Source: Octopus vulgaris (Eukaryota). From it: 64,000 nt of DNA. The stretch spans positions 93,372,001 to 93,436,000 of the forward strand of contig OX597821.1 in assembly GCA_951406725.2 (NCBI GenBank), written 5' to 3'. Within the stretch, counting starts at the first letter, position 1. The number at the start of each line of letters is the position of its first letter. The position numbers and the translations under genes were made by a program. The notes beneath the pieces are model-generated. The model had not been told where the DNA came from, made no database searches, and saw nothing but the letters and a program-made list of their open reading frames with translations. Below, piece after piece: positions 62,007 to 64,000 of this stretch.

Positions 62007-62331
62007 GAAAAAATATGTATCTCTCTGGAATGTATTACATATAATTTTCTGAAAAGGATTTTTACAATATACATAGAAACATTGTAGATTAACTGTATTG
62101 CAAATAAAAGTAAGCATAATTAAATCTCAGAATGAGATTGAAACAGTAATCGCTCGATAATGTAAAGTATAGAAGCCATCTTATCATGGCTAACCACATA
62201 GGGGAGGGGGTGTTACTGTAGCTTTATAGCCCCAAGAGATCGTCGTCTCTAGCTGGCTTTAGACACCATATCAGTGCCCTTGAAGTGTTTGCAAAGGGAG
62301 GCCATCCCTTCCTCGCAAGCCTGAGTGATAC

Positions 62332-62372
62332 GCTCGGACTAGTTTCGGGATATTTGTCCCTTGTCAACGGGC
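62332..62372 (-). ncRNA. Decayed minimal type I hammerhead motif
   Basis: Minus strand GCCCG-tTGACaA-GGGA(CAAATA)TCCC-GAAA-CTAG-TC-CGAGC; core differs from CTGACGA by two transitions; palindromic stem III ACTAGT; GUC triplet. Confidence 0.6.
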
Positions 62373-63213
62373 GGTAACCAACAGGATGCGACGAAAGTGA
62401 AGGCTTCCTTGCAAATATATAAGAGTTTTTCTAGAGGCGTTTGCCACTGATTTTGAAATACTAGTATATTTCTAGGAATAATTAAAGGGACCTATCCATT
62501 GAAACTATGTGAAACTATGTTGGTTTACCTACCTTTCGTAAAGATGTTGCTCATGGAAAAAACAAAGCAGAACTTATTAATTTCATTAACCACACACACA
62601 CACACACACACACATACACATATAAAATCAAAGAATGAACAGTGTGTTCCGACACAGTATTCGATTTTTAAAAATTCTTAAATTTCTCATGTTGCTTAAC
62701 ACTCTAAGATTTAAATAACTCTTTTATAAATCCGTTAGATTAACTCTGTTGAGTGACATATAGATGATTGTTATGGTTGGATTTAACTCACCCATACCAA
62801 CCTATATCTTCTTGAAACGGCCGTCAGACTTTGCACCTGCTCAAGATTCCTTTTAAAATCATTTTACACCAACTTTCTCATCTATTTGATTACCCCCCCC
62901 CTATACATTCACCATCCTCATATTTTAATGTCCTCGTTGATTTTAATACAGACATACAACCTCACAAGTACATTTATGTATTTATATATTGATAAATTTT
63001 TATATTATATTTTGCGTATATGAATGTACCTATGTATGCTGTGGACTATTCTGATGCTTTGAAATATATTGAGTGAATATGAACACTGACCTTTGAAATT
63101 TGTTCTTTAATTCTTGGTTTTATTAGAGTCCTAATTAGTTGTGCTGTATAAGGGGATAATTATCCCATTTATTCCTTCATTTTAAACATATATATATATA
63201 TATATATATATAT

Positions 63214-63631
63214 AGGCGCAGGAGTGGCTGTGAGATAAGTAGCTTGCTTACCAACCACATGGTTCCGGGTTCAGTCCCACTGCGTGGCACCTTGGGCAAG
63301 TGTCTTCTACTATAACCTCAATCCGACCAAAGCCTTATGAGTGGATTTGGTGGATGGAAACTGAAAGAAGCCCGTCGTATATATGTATATATATATATAT
63401 ATATATATGCGTGTGTGTGTTTGTGTGTCTGTGTTTGTCCCCCTAGCATTGTTTGACAACCGATGCTGGTGTGTTTATGTCCCCGTTACTTAGCGGTTCA
63501 GCAAAAGACTCTGATAGAATAAGTACTGGGCTTACAAAAGAATAAGTCCCGGGGTCGAGTTGATCGATTAAAGGTGGTGCTCCAGCATGGCTGCAGTCAA
63601 ATGACTGAAACAAGTAAAAGAGTAAAAGAGT
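63214..63631 (+). mobile_element. SINE family A, full length
   Basis: Complete copy. Confidence 0.92.
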
Positions 63632-63640
63632 ATATATAAA

Positions 63641-64000
63641 TACTCTTTACTCTTTTACTTGTTTCAGTCATTTGACTGCGGCCATGCTGGAGTACAACCT
63701 TTAGTTGAGCATATTGACCCCAGAACTTACTATTTGTAAGTACTTATTCTATTGGTCTCTTTTGCTGAACCGCTAGGTTACAGGGCCGTAAACACATCAG
63801 CATTGGTTGTCAAGCGATGTTGGGGGGACAAACACAGACACACAAACACACAAACACACACATATATACATATACATATATACGACAGGCTTCCTTCAGT
63901 TTCCGTCTTCCAACTCTGCTCACAAGGCTTTAGTCAGCCCAAGGCTATAGTAGAAGACACTTGCCCAAGGTATCACAGAATGGGACTGAACACAGAACCA
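63641..64000 (-). mobile_element. SINE family A (runs off the window end)
   Basis: Tail-to-tail with the previous copy, about 10 bp apart. Confidence 0.9.

Overview
This is AT-rich, repeat-dense animal DNA, intronic or intergenic. The SINE families, RTE 3' ends and microsatellite load suggest an octopus genome (inference from repeat content only). No intact host protein-coding gene can be supported; almost all ORFs in the track come from microsatellites or SINEs. The window holds about 25 full or partial copies of a ~400-bp bipartite tRNA-derived SINE (family A), several other tRNA-headed SINE families and many 5'-truncated RTE-like LINE 3' ends. It also holds decayed DNA transposons (two mariner, one DD37D, one DD41D, a Tigger-like remnant, and hAT, Tc2-like and piggyBac-like MITEs) and remnants of R4/Dong-like and Tx1/L1-like LINEs. 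The most notable signal is 11 type I hammerhead-ribozyme (HHR) motifs read by eye, plus one weak type II candidate. They sit in a near-perfect palindrome (18.1-18.5 kb), a 340-bp tandem repeat (53.9-54.6 kb), fold-back elements (55.1-56.1 kb) and the tail of a tRNA-headed SINE (5.7-5.9 kb); six fall within about 2 kb at 54-56 kb. This points to non-autonomous Penelope-like or retrozyme elements. Coordinates were read by hand, and the ends of decayed repeats are approximate.
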